From assembly GCF_004799405.1 (NCBI RefSeq), contig NZ_SSMW01000130.1:29238-93237 (forward strand): DNA of 64,000 bases. Reading direction: 5' to 3'. Positions 18,724 to 28,437 of the stretch are shown one piece after another. Source of the stretch: Bradyrhizobium sp. (GTDB lineage Bacteria > Pseudomonadota > Alphaproteobacteria > Rhizobiales > Xanthobacteraceae). The translations under genes were made by a program, and so were the position numbers. The notes under the pieces are model-generated. The model was not told the DNA's origin and did not search any database. It worked only from the letters and a program-made list of their open reading frames with translations. Numbering within the stretch: position 1 is the stretch's first letter; each line of letters starts with the position of its first letter.

Positions 18724-21216
18724 ATGCACAGGCTGGTGCGGTTCTTGGGTTTTCTGTTCACGATCGGAACCGTTGTGTTTCTGGTCGGGGTCGGCGCGGT
18801 TGCGGGGATGATCTGGCACTATTCCAGGGACTTGCCGGACTATTCGCAACTTCAGGATTATGAGCCGCCGGTGATGACGCGCGTCCATGCGTCGGACGGC
18901 TCGCTGCTCGGCGAATATTCCAAGGAACGCCGCTTGTACCTGCCGATCCAGGCGGTTCCAAAGCTCGTCATCAACGCCTTCCTCGCCGCCGAAGACAAGA
19001 ACTTCTACGAGCACGGCGGCATCGACTTTTTCGGCATGGCGCGCGCCGGCCTGCTTTATGCGGAGAACTACGGCTCCAATCGCCGCCCGCAGGGCGCCTC
19101 CACGATCACGCAACAGGTCACCAAGAATTTCCTTCTGACCAATGAAGTGTCGTTCACGCGCAAGATCAAGGAAGCGCTGCTGGCGATGCGGCTCGAGCGC
19201 GCCTACTCGAAGGACAAGATCCTCGAACTCTATCTCAACGAAATCTATCTCGGCCTCGGCGCCTACGGGATCGCCGCGGCGTCGCTGGTCTATTTCGACA
19301 AATCGGTGAACGAACTCACGGTTGCGGAAGCCGCCTACCTGGCGGCACTGCCGAAAGCGCCGGCCGCGCTTCATCCGATCCGCAATCGCGACCGGGCGAT
19401 CGAGCGGCGCAACTACGTGATCGACCGTCTTCTGGAGAACGGCTGGATCAAGCAGGCCGACGCCGACAAGGCCCGCAAGGATCCGCTTGTGGTCACCAAC
19501 CGGACCAATGCCGCGCACATTTTCGCCGGAGAATATTTCGCCGAGGAAGTCCGCCGCGATGTGTTCGAGCGCTACGGCGAAAAGAAGCTGTATGAAGGCG
19601 GCCTGTCGGTGCGCACCACGCTGGATCCGAAGATGCAGGTGATGGCGCGCAAGACCATGGTCGCGGGCCTCGTCAACTTCGATGAAAACCAGGGCTGGCG
19701 CGGGGCGATCAGCAAGATCGATATCGCGGGCGATTGGGGCGTGAAGCTCGCCGATGTCAAATCCCTGTCGGACATCTCGCCGTGGCGGATGGCGGTGGTG
19801 CTGGAGACCAGCGAGCAGTCCGCGCGAATTGGCTTTCAGCCCGGCCGCGAACTCGGCGGCGCCGTGCTCAAGGATCGGCAGACCGGAAACATCCCGCTTG
19901 ACGGCGTGAAATGGGCGAAAGCCGCCGCCGGCCCGGCCCGTGGCAGGACGCCGACGGCGATCTCACAGGTTCTAAGCCCGGGCGACGTGATCTATGCCGA
20001 TCCGTTGATCGGCAAGGATGGCGCCATCGTCGAGGGCCAGTACCGGTTGCGCCAACTGCCGGAAGTATCCGGCGCGATGGTGGTGATGGATCCATGGACC
20101 GGACGCGTGCTGGCGATGGTCGGCGGATTCTCCTTCGACCAGAGCCAGTTCAACCGCGCGACGCAGGCCTACCGGCAGCCGGGTTCCTCGTTCAAGCCGA
20201 TCGTGTACTCCTCCGCGCTCGACAACGGCTATACGCCGTCGACGGTGGTGGTCGACGCGCCGATCGAAATCGATCAGGGGCAGGGCGCCGGCGTCTGGCG
20301 CCCGGAGAACTATTCGGCCGGCCACTATCATGGACCGACGACGCTGCGTAACGCGCTGCGGTGGTCGCTCAATACCGTGACGGTGCGGCTGGCGCAGGAC
20401 GTCGGCATGCCCCTGATCGGCGAATACGCCAAGCGCTTCGGGGTCTATGACGAATTGCCGAACTATCTGTCCTACGCGCTCGGCGCCGGCGAAACCACGG
20501 TGATGCGGATGGTCACCGCCTATTCGATGTTCGCCAATGGCGGCCGGCGCGTGAAGCCGACCTTGATCGACCGCATTCAGGACCGTTACGGCCATACCAT
20601 CTTCAAGCACGATGCCCGCGAATGCCGCGGCTGCGACGCGGCGGGCGGCTGGAAGAACCAGCCCGAACCCCAGCTTGTCGATCGCCGCGAGCAGGTGCTG
20701 GATGCGATGACCGCCTACCAGATCACCTCGATGATGGAAGGCGTGGTTCAGGGCGGCACCGCGATCGCCTTGAAGGAGGTCGGCAAGCCGATCGCCGGCA
20801 AGACCGGCACCACCAACGATGAAAAGGACGCCTGGTTCGTCGGTTTCTCGCCCGACCTCGTGGTCGGGATTTACGTCGGCTACGACAAGCCGCGCAACCT
20901 GGGCCGCAAGGCGACCGGCGGTGTGCTGGCCGCGCCGATCGCCCGGGACTTCATGAAGCTCGCGCTGGCCGACAAGCCGGCGATTCCGTTCCGGGTGCCG
21001 GCCGGGATCAAGCTCATCCTGGTCGATCAGCTGACGGGAATGCGGGCCAGCCCGGGCAGCGGTGGAAAGACGATTCTCGAGGCGTTCAAGCCGGGCACAG
21101 CACCACCGGACAATTATTCGGTGATCGGCGTTGCCGACGCCGACGGCCGCCCGCTTGCGCCCTCGCCGGACGCCGACCGCACCATCCTGCGCTCCGGCAC
21201 CGGCGGATTGTACTAG
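18724..21216 (+). CDS. mrcA: penicillin-binding protein 1A (bifunctional glycosyltransferase/transpeptidase)
   Basis: 830 aa with an N-terminal TM anchor, GT51 motifs (EDKNFYEHGGID, RKIKE), transpeptidase SxxK (GSSFKP) and KTGTT. Confidence 0.93.
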   Translation: MHRLVRFLGFLFTIGTVVFLVGVGAVAGMIWHYSRDLPDYSQLQDYEPPVMTRVHASDGSLLGEYSKERRLYLPIQAVPKLVINAFLAAEDKNFYEHGGIDFFGMARAGLLYAENYGSNRRPQGASTITQQVTKNFLLTNEVSFTRKIKEALLAMRLERAYSKDKILELYLNEIYLGLGAYGIAAASLVYFDKSVNELTVAEAAYLAALPKAPAALHPIRNRDRAIERRNYVIDRLLENGWIKQADADKARKDPLVVTNRTNAAHIFAGEYFAEEVRRDVFERYGEKKLYEGGLSVRTTLDPKMQVMARKTMVAGLVNFDENQGWRGAISKIDIAGDWGVKLADVKSLSDISPWRMAVVLETSEQSARIGFQPGRELGGAVLKDRQTGNIPLDGVKWAKAAAGPARGRTPTAISQVLSPGDVIYADPLIGKDGAIVEGQYRLRQLPEVSGAMVVMDPWTGRVLAMVGGFSFDQSQFNRATQAYRQPGSSFKPIVYSSALDNGYTPSTVVVDAPIEIDQGQGAGVWRPENYSAGHYHGPTTLRNALRWSLNTVTVRLAQDVGMPLIGEYAKRFGVYDELPNYLSYALGAGETTVMRMVTAYSMFANGGRRVKPTLIDRIQDRYGHTIFKHDARECRGCDAAGGWKNQPEPQLVDRREQVLDAMTAYQITSMMEGVVQGGTAIALKEVGKPIAGKTGTTNDEKDAWFVGFSPDLVVGIYVGYDKPRNLGRKATGGVLAAPIARDFMKLALADKPAIPFRVPAGIKLILVDQLTGMRASPGSGGKTILEAFKPGTAPPDNYSVIGVADADGRPLAPSPDADRTILRSGTGGLY

Positions 21217-21359
21217 CGTTTTTGCGGGCAAGACCGGTTGGCGCGAAGAAAGCACGCCAGCCGATTGCGCTTTGCCTGCCCCGCCGCTACATCCCTCGCA
21301 GTATCGTAGCGTTTTCAAGCAAACGAAAATCGCGGCTCGCGCCGCAGATCAGAGAACCC

Positions 21360-22491
21360 ATGCGCGCTGAAGTCGAACGCCTCGTTGAAGAGATCAAGCA
21401 GTCGGTCGGGCTGCTGAGGAGGCATCTTTGACGTCGATGCATCCACCGCGCGCCTGGCGGAGTTGAACAAGCTCGCCGAAGATTCCAACCTCTGGAACGA
21501 TCCCCAGAAAGCGCAGAAGCTGATGCAGGAGCGGACCTCGCTGGAGGACGCGCTCGGCGGCATCGGCAAGGTCGAGCGCGAGCTTGAGGACAATGTCGGC
21601 ATGATCGAACTCGGCGAGGCCGAGAACGATGCAGGCGTGGTGGCCGAGGCCGAGACCGCTCTCAAAGCCCTGAAGAAGGAAGTGGCGCGCCGCGAACTCG
21701 AAGCGTTGCTCGGCGGCGAGGCCGACCGGTTCGACTCCTATCTCGAAGTTCATGCCGGGGCCGGCGGCACCGAGAGCCAGGACTGGGCCGCGATGCTGCT
21801 GCGGATGTATACGCGCTGGGCCGAGAAGCATGGCTTCAAGATCGAATATCTGGAGGAGACCCAGGGCGAAGAGGCCGGCATCAAATCCGCCACCATCCAG
21901 ATCAGCGGCCACAATGCCTATGGCTGGCTCAAGACCGAAGCCGGCGTGCATCGGCTGGTGCGGATATCGCCGTTCGATTCCAATGCGCGGCGGCACACTT
22001 CGTTTTCCAGCGTCGCGATCTTTCCCGTGGTCGATGACAGCATCAAGATCGATATCAAGGAATCCGACGTGCGCACCGACACCATGCGTTCGGGCGGCGC
22101 CGGCGGCCAGCACGTCAACAAGACCGAATCCGCCGTGCGGCTCACGCACATTCCAACCGGTGTCGCGGTGGTCTGCCAGGCCGGGCGTTCGCAGCACAAG
22201 AACAAGGCGCAGGCCTGGGACATGCTGCGGGCGCGGCTCTACGAAATCGAATTGAAGAAGCGCGAACAACAGGCCGCCGCCGACCAGGCCGCCAAGACCG
22301 ACATCGGCTGGGGCCACCAGATCCGTTCCTATGTGCTGCAGCCCTATCAGATGGTGAAGGACCTGCGCACCGGCGTGCAGACGTCGGATACGTCGGGGGT
22401 GCTCGACGGCGACCTCGACGAATTCATGGCGGCAACGTTGGCGCAGCGCGCCTTCGGCACCGCGCCCGCCGCGGTCGAGGATGTGGATTAG
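21360..22491 (+). CDS. prfB: peptide chain release factor 2, made by programmed +1 frameshift (ORF0 21360..21428, then 21430..22491)
   Basis: ORF0 reads [23 protein letters not shown] and ends at CTT TGA C. Skipping T21429 continues in frame as [29 protein letters not shown]..., joining track ORF 21463..22491, which carries the SPF and GGQ motifs. Confidence 0.95.
21417..21432 (+). promoter_or_regulatory. RF2 autoregulatory +1 frameshift site (internal SD AGGAGG + CTT TGA C)
   Basis: AGGAGG lies at 21417-21422, three nt upstream of CTT (21426-21428), followed by TGA (21429-21431) and C. Confidence 0.92.
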
Positions 22492-22494
22492 CCC

Positions 22495-23379
22495 ATGACA
22501 AAAGTTGCTTTCATCGGTCTCGGGCGCATGGGTCACGGCATGGCCGGCCGCTACCTCGACAACGGCTTTGAGGTCGCGGTCTGGAATCGCAGCAAGGCGA
22601 AGGCGGACGATCTGATCGCGCGTGGGGCGCGGTGGGCCGCTTCGCCGGCGGATGCCGCTGCCGGAGCCGATGCCATCGTGACCATGGTCGCCGATGATGA
22701 GGCCTCGCGAACCGTATGGATCGGCAAGGATGGCGCCGCCGCAACAGCCAAAGCCGGTGCGTTGGCGATCGAATGCTCCACGGTGTCCTATCGACATGCG
22801 CTCGATCTGGCGCGCGAACTGCGCCAGCGCGGGCTGGTCTACATCGATAGTCCGGTCACCGGTTTGCCGGACGCCGCGGCGAGCGGAAAATTGACGCTAT
22901 TGGTCGGCGCCGAAGCCGTTGACCTCGAGCGGGCGCGGCCTTATCTCGCGCCGCTCTCGGCCACGATCAGGCATTTCGGCGCGGTCGGGTCCGGCACGGT
23001 CTACAAGCTGATCAACAACCTGATGGGCGCGATCCAGATCGCCGGGGTCGCCGAGGGTCTTGCGATCGCCGAGCAGGCCGGCCTCGACATGAAGCTGGTG
23101 CTGGAGGCGATCGAAACCGGCGTTGCCGCGAGCCCGCAGGTGATCCGGCATTCCAGGCGCATGGTGGCGCGCAATTTCGCCGGCGCGAGTTTTACTTCAG
23201 CGCTGCGGCACAAGGATGCCGCCTATGCCGTTGCATTGGCCGAAAGCCTGCTGGCCGAATCTCCCTTGGTCGGACGCGCCGCCGTTCAGGCCTACGCGCG
23301 AGCCAAAGCCTACGCGCCCGATGACGACGAAGGCAAAATGATCGAGATCGTGTCGCGGCCGAAGGGCACGAAGGCCTAG
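22495..23379 (+). CDS. NAD(P)-dependent beta-hydroxyacid dehydrogenase family oxidoreductase (3-hydroxyisobutyrate dehydrogenase-like)
   Basis: 294 aa with Rossmann motif FIGLGRMG and the family-typical central and C-terminal helices. It starts 3 nt after the prfB stop. Confidence 0.8.
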   Translation: MTKVAFIGLGRMGHGMAGRYLDNGFEVAVWNRSKAKADDLIARGARWAASPADAAAGADAIVTMVADDEASRTVWIGKDGAAATAKAGALAIECSTVSYRHALDLARELRQRGLVYIDSPVTGLPDAAASGKLTLLVGAEAVDLERARPYLAPLSATIRHFGAVGSGTVYKLINNLMGAIQIAGVAEGLAIAEQAGLDMKLVLEAIETGVAASPQVIRHSRRMVARNFAGASFTSALRHKDAAYAVALAESLLAESPLVGRAAVQAYARAKAYAPDDDEGKMIEIVSRPKGTKA

Positions 23380-25604
23380 TTGACGGCTCGCAGATCGCGA
23401 GCGCTGCTCCATTCCGAAAACCAGCCGGTAAACCGTCCGCTGTCGCGCTGACCGCCGTGCCATGCCGCGGTGACCGCGCCGTCGCCTGTCACCAGCAGCA
23501 CCACATCAAGACCCCTGGAGCGGCGCAGCGTATCGATCGCCTGACGCGGGGTCTGCGCGATCGGGCCTGCGACGTTGAACGAGGTGTTGACGGATACCTC
23601 GACGCCGATGTGGCGGCCGAGTGCTTTCAGGTAGGCGTAGGTGAGGGGATCGTCGTCGGCGCGCACGATCTGGATGCGGCCGGTGCCGTCGGCATGGATC
23701 ACGGCTGGAATCTTCGCCCGTGCCTGCGGCTTCGATCGCGCCGTCAGCACCATGTAGTTATAGGCGTTGTAGTCGGCATCCGAGGCGCCCTCGAGCAGAT
23801 CGAAATACTCGCGCGCCGCTTCCAGCGTCGCCATCGGCGCCAACGGGCGGATCGCTTCGCGGTATTTGACGCGTTCGTTGAGCCGCTCGCGTGCTTCGGG
23901 GTCGCAAGGATTGGCAAGGATCGAACGATGGCCCAGCGCCCGCGGGCCGGTCTCGGCGGCGCCCTGATAGATCGCAACGATGCCGTTGCGCGCGATGATG
24001 AACGCCATCAGGTCGGCAACGGCGTCGCGTCCGTCAGGCGTCGAGATATCTCCAACCGGTTTTGAGGCGATATCCTCGGCCTCAAGCGCCGCTGCGACGT
24101 CTTCACGCGATGGCGGCGTCCCGCAATAAAACGCGTGTGTGATGGGCGCGCCGCGCGGCGCGGCGGCCAGATGCGCGAACAGCCATGCCGCGCCAATGGT
24201 CACGCCGGCATCGCCCGGCGTCGGCGGCACCCACAGATGCAGGCGGGCCTCGCGTTGCTTGGCCTTTGCGAACCACGCCTCGTCGAAATGTTCGAGCAGC
24301 CGCATGTTGCCGACCGCATTCAGCGCCACGCCGCCGGTGAGCACCAGCCGGTTGGCGCCGGTCGCGCGCAGGAGATGATCGACCACATGGATCATGGCGT
24401 CCTCGAACACCAGTTGCGTCGCGGCCGCCTTGTCGAGACGATCTTGCGTGTCGGGCCGGTGATGGATGTCCTCGAGGCGCAACACCGCATCGGGATTCCA
24501 GAGCTGATCCGGTTTCAGCGGCTCGCCGAGGATATCGATCAATGCCGGCTTGTAGGGATGATCGAACGGGTCGCAATACCAGTTGGCGAGTGCGCGATTG
24601 AGCCGGACTTCGCCATCGCCGCCGAAGTTCAAAACCTGCTTCAGCCGCGCGTAATAGCGGTTGCTCGCGCGATTCATGTCGCCCCAGGCGGCGGCGCCCA
24701 TGTAGCGGCCCTCGCTGGACAACCAGGTCCAGCCACCTTGCGTCGACGAGATCACGCTGTAGAAGGCGCCGAGCGAGTCGAAGACGCTGTCGTTGCAATA
24801 GAGTTTTCGCATCGCGCCATTCTCGGCGACATAGAGCGAGATCGATCCGCGGTCGCCGGTGCCGTCGAGCACGGCAATGGCGACGGGCTCGCTGTTGTCG
24901 TCGAACGGTGAGGCCGCAAAAGAAAACCAGGCATGATTGTCGTGGTGCGGCATGCAGATAAGAGGCCCGCTTTGCGGGAGGCCCAGCTGCTTGCCGAGGA
25001 TTTTCGGCGTGCGCGTCATCTGATCGAGGCGGCGGCCGTCAAATCCGGTGGCCGTCGTGGTGCGCAGCAGTTTTAGGCTTTGCGGCAACTCTTCCAGCAC
25101 CGACCGCGCCAGCGTTCCCGCCAGCGCCGGATAATCCCAGGTGGTAAGCCACGCCGCGATATCCGGAATGTCGCGTCCCATGCCGCGCAGCGTCGCCACG
25201 GCGGCGTCGATCGAGGCTTGCGGATATTCCGATGTGTGCTTGTTGCCGGAGAAGCGCTCTTCCTCGTTGTTGACGATCAGGCGCGGACCACGGGCTTGCG
25301 TGACCTCGACCAGCGCCACCCCCGAATTGTGCGTGCCGGGAGGCCCCAGCCCGGCAAGATAGACGGTCTCTCCGCGCGCCAGTTTTTCGCGCACAGCGGC
25401 AATTCGCGCATTGGCAAAGTCCGAGCCGAGCCGATGAAAACCGGCCCATTCCATCGATCGCGCGCCGAGCCACTGCGCGGCACGAAATCCGGCCGCGCCG
25501 AGCCTGGGGTATCGCGGACCCATTCGCCTGTTCGGTTCCAATCCGTCGGCCTTCGCGTGGCCATCCGGATCACGGCGATCCGGATGCTGCCATGCATCAA
25601 TCAT
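23376..25604 (-). CDS. carbamoyltransferase (NodU/CmcH family)
   Basis: Motifs MPHHDNHAWFSF, RLVLTGGVALNAVGN and VNTSFNVAGPIA. The start is unresolved: in-frame ATGs at 25604, 25523 and 25454, with the track start at 25703. None has a convincing SD. Confidence 0.8.
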   Translation of the reverse strand: MIDAWQHPDRRDPDGHAKADGLEPNRRMGPRYPRLGAAGFRAAQWLGARSMEWAGFHRLGSDFANARIAAVREKLARGETVYLAGLGPPGTHNSGVALVEVTQARGPRLIVNNEEERFSGNKHTSEYPQASIDAAVATLRGMGRDIPDIAAWLTTWDYPALAGTLARSVLEELPQSLKLLRTTTATGFDGRRLDQMTRTPKILGKQLGLPQSGPLICMPHHDNHAWFSFAASPFDDNSEPVAIAVLDGTGDRGSISLYVAENGAMRKLYCNDSVFDSLGAFYSVISSTQGGWTWLSSEGRYMGAAAWGDMNRASNRYYARLKQVLNFGGDGEVRLNRALANWYCDPFDHPYKPALIDILGEPLKPDQLWNPDAVLRLEDIHHRPDTQDRLDKAAATQLVFEDAMIHVVDHLLRATGANRLVLTGGVALNAVGNMRLLEHFDEAWFAKAKQREARLHLWVPPTPGDAGVTIGAAWLFAHLAAAPRGAPITHAFYCGTPPSREDVAAALEAEDIASKPVGDISTPDGRDAVADLMAFIIARNGIVAIYQGAAETGPRALGHRSILANPCDPEARERLNERVKYREAIRPLAPMATLEAAREYFDLLEGASDADYNAYNYMVLTARSKPQARAKIPAVIHADGTGRIQIVRADDDPLTYAYLKALGRHIGVEVSVNTSFNVAGPIAQTPRQAIDTLRRSRGLDVVLLVTGDGAVTAAWHGGQRDSGRFTGWFSEWSSARDLRAVN

Positions 25605-25729
25605 AATTGGCCGTCGGCAACAACGCCGTTTCGTGCGGCGGAATAACCGATGCTTGCATGCGCGCGCGGGGCTTGCGACACTTGATCCAAAATAAATTGC
25701 CAAAATAAATTGTCATTTGGGAGAAAACG

Positions 25730-26953
25730 ATGCCGGCTCGCAGCAGAAGCCTTGTCGCCCTGACGGCGTTCGCCGCCGTCGCGCTGACCGCAACCTCCGC
25801 CATCGCGCAAAAGAAATATGATCCGGGCGCCAGCGATACCGAGATCAGGATCGGCAATATCATGCCCTATAGCGGTCCGGCCTCCTCCTATGGCGTGATC
25901 GGCAAGACCCAGGCGGCCTATTTCAACAAGATCAACGCCGAAGGCGGCATCAACGGCCGCAAGATCACCTTCGTCACCTATGACGACAGCTACAGCCCGC
26001 CCAAGGCGATCGAGCAGGCGCGCAAACTGGTGGAGGGCGACGAGGTCCTGCTGGTTTTCCAGCCGCTCGGCACGCCGTCCAATTCGGCCATTCAGAAATA
26101 CATGAATGCCAAGAAAGTGCCGCAGCTGTTCGTCGCGTCCGGCGCCACCAAATGGGGCGACCCGAAGAACTTCCCCTGGACCATGGGCTGGCAGCCCAAC
26201 TACCAGAGCGAGGGGCGGATCTACGCCAAATACATTCTGGATCATTTTCCGAACGGCAAGATCGCGGTGTTCTGGCAGAACGACGACGCCGGTAAGGATC
26301 AGTTCAAGGGCCTCAAGGACGGCCTTGGAGCCAAGGCCGGCATGATCATCGCCGACAAATCCTATGAGGTGAGCGACCCCACCATCGATTCCCAGATCGT
26401 CGCCTTGCACGATTCGGGCGCCGACATCTTTTTCTCCTGGGCGGCGCCGAAGGGATCGGCGCAGGCAATCCGCAAGGTCGGCGAACTCGGCTGGAAGCCC
26501 AAATTCTTCCTCGCCAACACCGCAACGTCGGTCGCCTCCGTGCTCAAGCCCGCCGGCCTCGAAAACGCCCAAGGCATCATTTCGACGTCCTACCTGAAGG
26601 ACCCGACCGACCCGACCTGGAAGGACGATCCCGGCACCAAGACCTGGCTGGCGTTCATGGACAAATATTATCCGGACGGCGACAAGACCAATGCCAACAA
26701 CGTCTACGGCTACGTCACGGCGCAGACGATGGTGCAGGTGCTCAAGCAGTGCGGCGACAACCTGACGCGCGAAAACGTCATGAAACAGGCCGCCTCGCTG
26801 AAGAATTTCTCGACCGACATGATGCTTCCGGGAATCATGGTCAACACCGGGCCCGACGACTTCTTTCCGATCGAGCAGATGCAGTTGATGAAATTCGAGG
26901 GCGAGAGCTGGCATTTATTCGGTGACGTCATCACCGGTGAAGTCGGCCACTAA
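25730..26953 (+). CDS. ABC transporter periplasmic substrate-binding protein (Leu/Ile/Val-binding, type I PBP family)
   Basis: Signal peptide ending SAIAQ and N-terminal IRIGNIMPYSGPASSYG, typical of LivK-like binding proteins. No permease or ATPase genes are adjacent. Confidence 0.8.
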   Translation: MPARSRSLVALTAFAAVALTATSAIAQKKYDPGASDTEIRIGNIMPYSGPASSYGVIGKTQAAYFNKINAEGGINGRKITFVTYDDSYSPPKAIEQARKLVEGDEVLLVFQPLGTPSNSAIQKYMNAKKVPQLFVASGATKWGDPKNFPWTMGWQPNYQSEGRIYAKYILDHFPNGKIAVFWQNDDAGKDQFKGLKDGLGAKAGMIIADKSYEVSDPTIDSQIVALHDSGADIFFSWAAPKGSAQAIRKVGELGWKPKFFLANTATSVASVLKPAGLENAQGIISTSYLKDPTDPTWKDDPGTKTWLAFMDKYYPDGDKTNANNVYGYVTAQTMVQVLKQCGDNLTRENVMKQAASLKNFSTDMMLPGIMVNTGPDDFFPIEQMQLMKFEGESWHLFGDVITGEVGH

Positions 26954-26976
26954 GCGGTTTAGCTCGAACCCCCGCT

Positions 26977-28341
26977 TTAGCCCGCGCTGAGGCGAACCCC
27001 CGCGCGCAGGAATTTCTGCGGGTCGACCGCTTCGCCTTCGATCCGGGTCTCGTAGTGCAAATGCGGACCGGTGGAGCGGCCGGTTGAACCGACCGCGCCG
27101 ATCACCTGTCCGATCTTGACGGGATCGCCGACCTTGACGCTGATCTCCGACAGATGGCCGTAGCGGGTCGACAGGCCGTTGCCGTGGTCGATTTCGACCA
27201 TGCGGCCATAGCCGCCGGCCCACCCCGACGACGCCACTTTGCCGTTTGCGGTCGCCCGCACCGGATCGCCCATGGCGGCGCGGAAATCCAGGCCGGTGTG
27301 CATCGCCGGGCGGCCGAGGAACGGATCGCTGCGGACCCCAAATCCCGAAGTGAATTCGACTTCGCCGACCACGGGCTTGCGATATGGCACCAGCGCAAGG
27401 ATCCGGTTCAGGCGGTCGACCTGGGCGCGGGTGACGTTGATCCGGTAAAGCTCGCGCTCGAACGTGCTGGCATTGGCAGAAACCTTGATGGGGACGAAGG
27501 GGCCGCCCATGCCTGCGCGCGGGGTCGCGGCTTCCAGTTGCGCCATGTCGAGGCCGAGATCGGTAAACACGCCGCGCATCCGGCGCACCCGCGATTCCAT
27601 GCCGTCCTCGACCGAGTTGAGCGCCGCCATTTGGCGGCTCTCGACCTGATCGAGCGAATTCTGCAGACGGACGATCACATTGTCGACGCCCTGGATTTTA
27701 GCGAACTGGTTCGGCGGCGGGTTGGCGATCAGGGGCGCCCGCGATTCCAGCCGCGCTTCGCGGTCCGGGGGCGCCACGAAGATCACGGTATCGTTGATCG
27801 GCGAAGGCTTCGGCGTCCCCGAAGTCGCCTCGGTTGCCGGAGCGCCACGCGATGGCGGTTTGATCGATCCCGTTACCGACGCATCCGGAATGGCGCCAAG
27901 CGCGGTGGCGCGAGATTCCAGCACGGTCTGGCGGCGCATGACCTGGTCGAGTTTCTGGTCGAATTGCTCCTGGTCGAGCAGTTGGCGGCTGGTGGTGCGA
28001 TCGACCTTGGCGCGCAGTTCGGCGATGCGGTCCTCATAGGCGTATTGCATCTCCGCCTCGCGTGCGATCAGCCGGGTCAGGACGTCGTCGCGAAATGCAA
28101 AATAGGTCGCAGTCGCAGCCGACCACATGCCAAGCACCGTTACCGTGCCGACCACGATCCAGAACACCACCGGACCAAAGCGGACCTGCTTGCCGGCATG
28201 CACGATGGTGTAGCCGTTTTGCGCATGCCTGCCCGAAGCGGCATGGTTCGCCGCCGGGCGGCGGGGGGAAGCCCTTCCGTGGTCGTTTGAATGTTGTTGG
28301 GAATAGTCGGAATATTGACCCGAACGGTACGACATCGGCAC
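26977..28341 (-). CDS. M23-family peptidoglycan metalloendopeptidase with coiled-coil N-terminal region
   Basis: C-terminal LytM motifs HTGLDF, GYGRMVEIDHGNG and GSTGRSTGPHLHYE. One TM segment lies near the N-terminus. Confidence 0.9.
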   Translation of the reverse strand: MPMSYRSGQYSDYSQQHSNDHGRASPRRPAANHAASGRHAQNGYTIVHAGKQVRFGPVVFWIVVGTVTVLGMWSAATATYFAFRDDVLTRLIAREAEMQYAYEDRIAELRAKVDRTTSRQLLDQEQFDQKLDQVMRRQTVLESRATALGAIPDASVTGSIKPPSRGAPATEATSGTPKPSPINDTVIFVAPPDREARLESRAPLIANPPPNQFAKIQGVDNVIVRLQNSLDQVESRQMAALNSVEDGMESRVRRMRGVFTDLGLDMAQLEAATPRAGMGGPFVPIKVSANASTFERELYRINVTRAQVDRLNRILALVPYRKPVVGEVEFTSGFGVRSDPFLGRPAMHTGLDFRAAMGDPVRATANGKVASSGWAGGYGRMVEIDHGNGLSTRYGHLSEISVKVGDPVKIGQVIGAVGSTGRSTGPHLHYETRIEGEAVDPQKFLRAGVRLSAG

Positions 28342-28437
28342 TCCCGCGCCGGTCGGAGTTTTGAGTCCGTACGGCTAAATTTACGGGCGTGATTTGACCC
28401 ACTTATAGTTAATTTTTAGCGAATGGGGGCATGTGGG

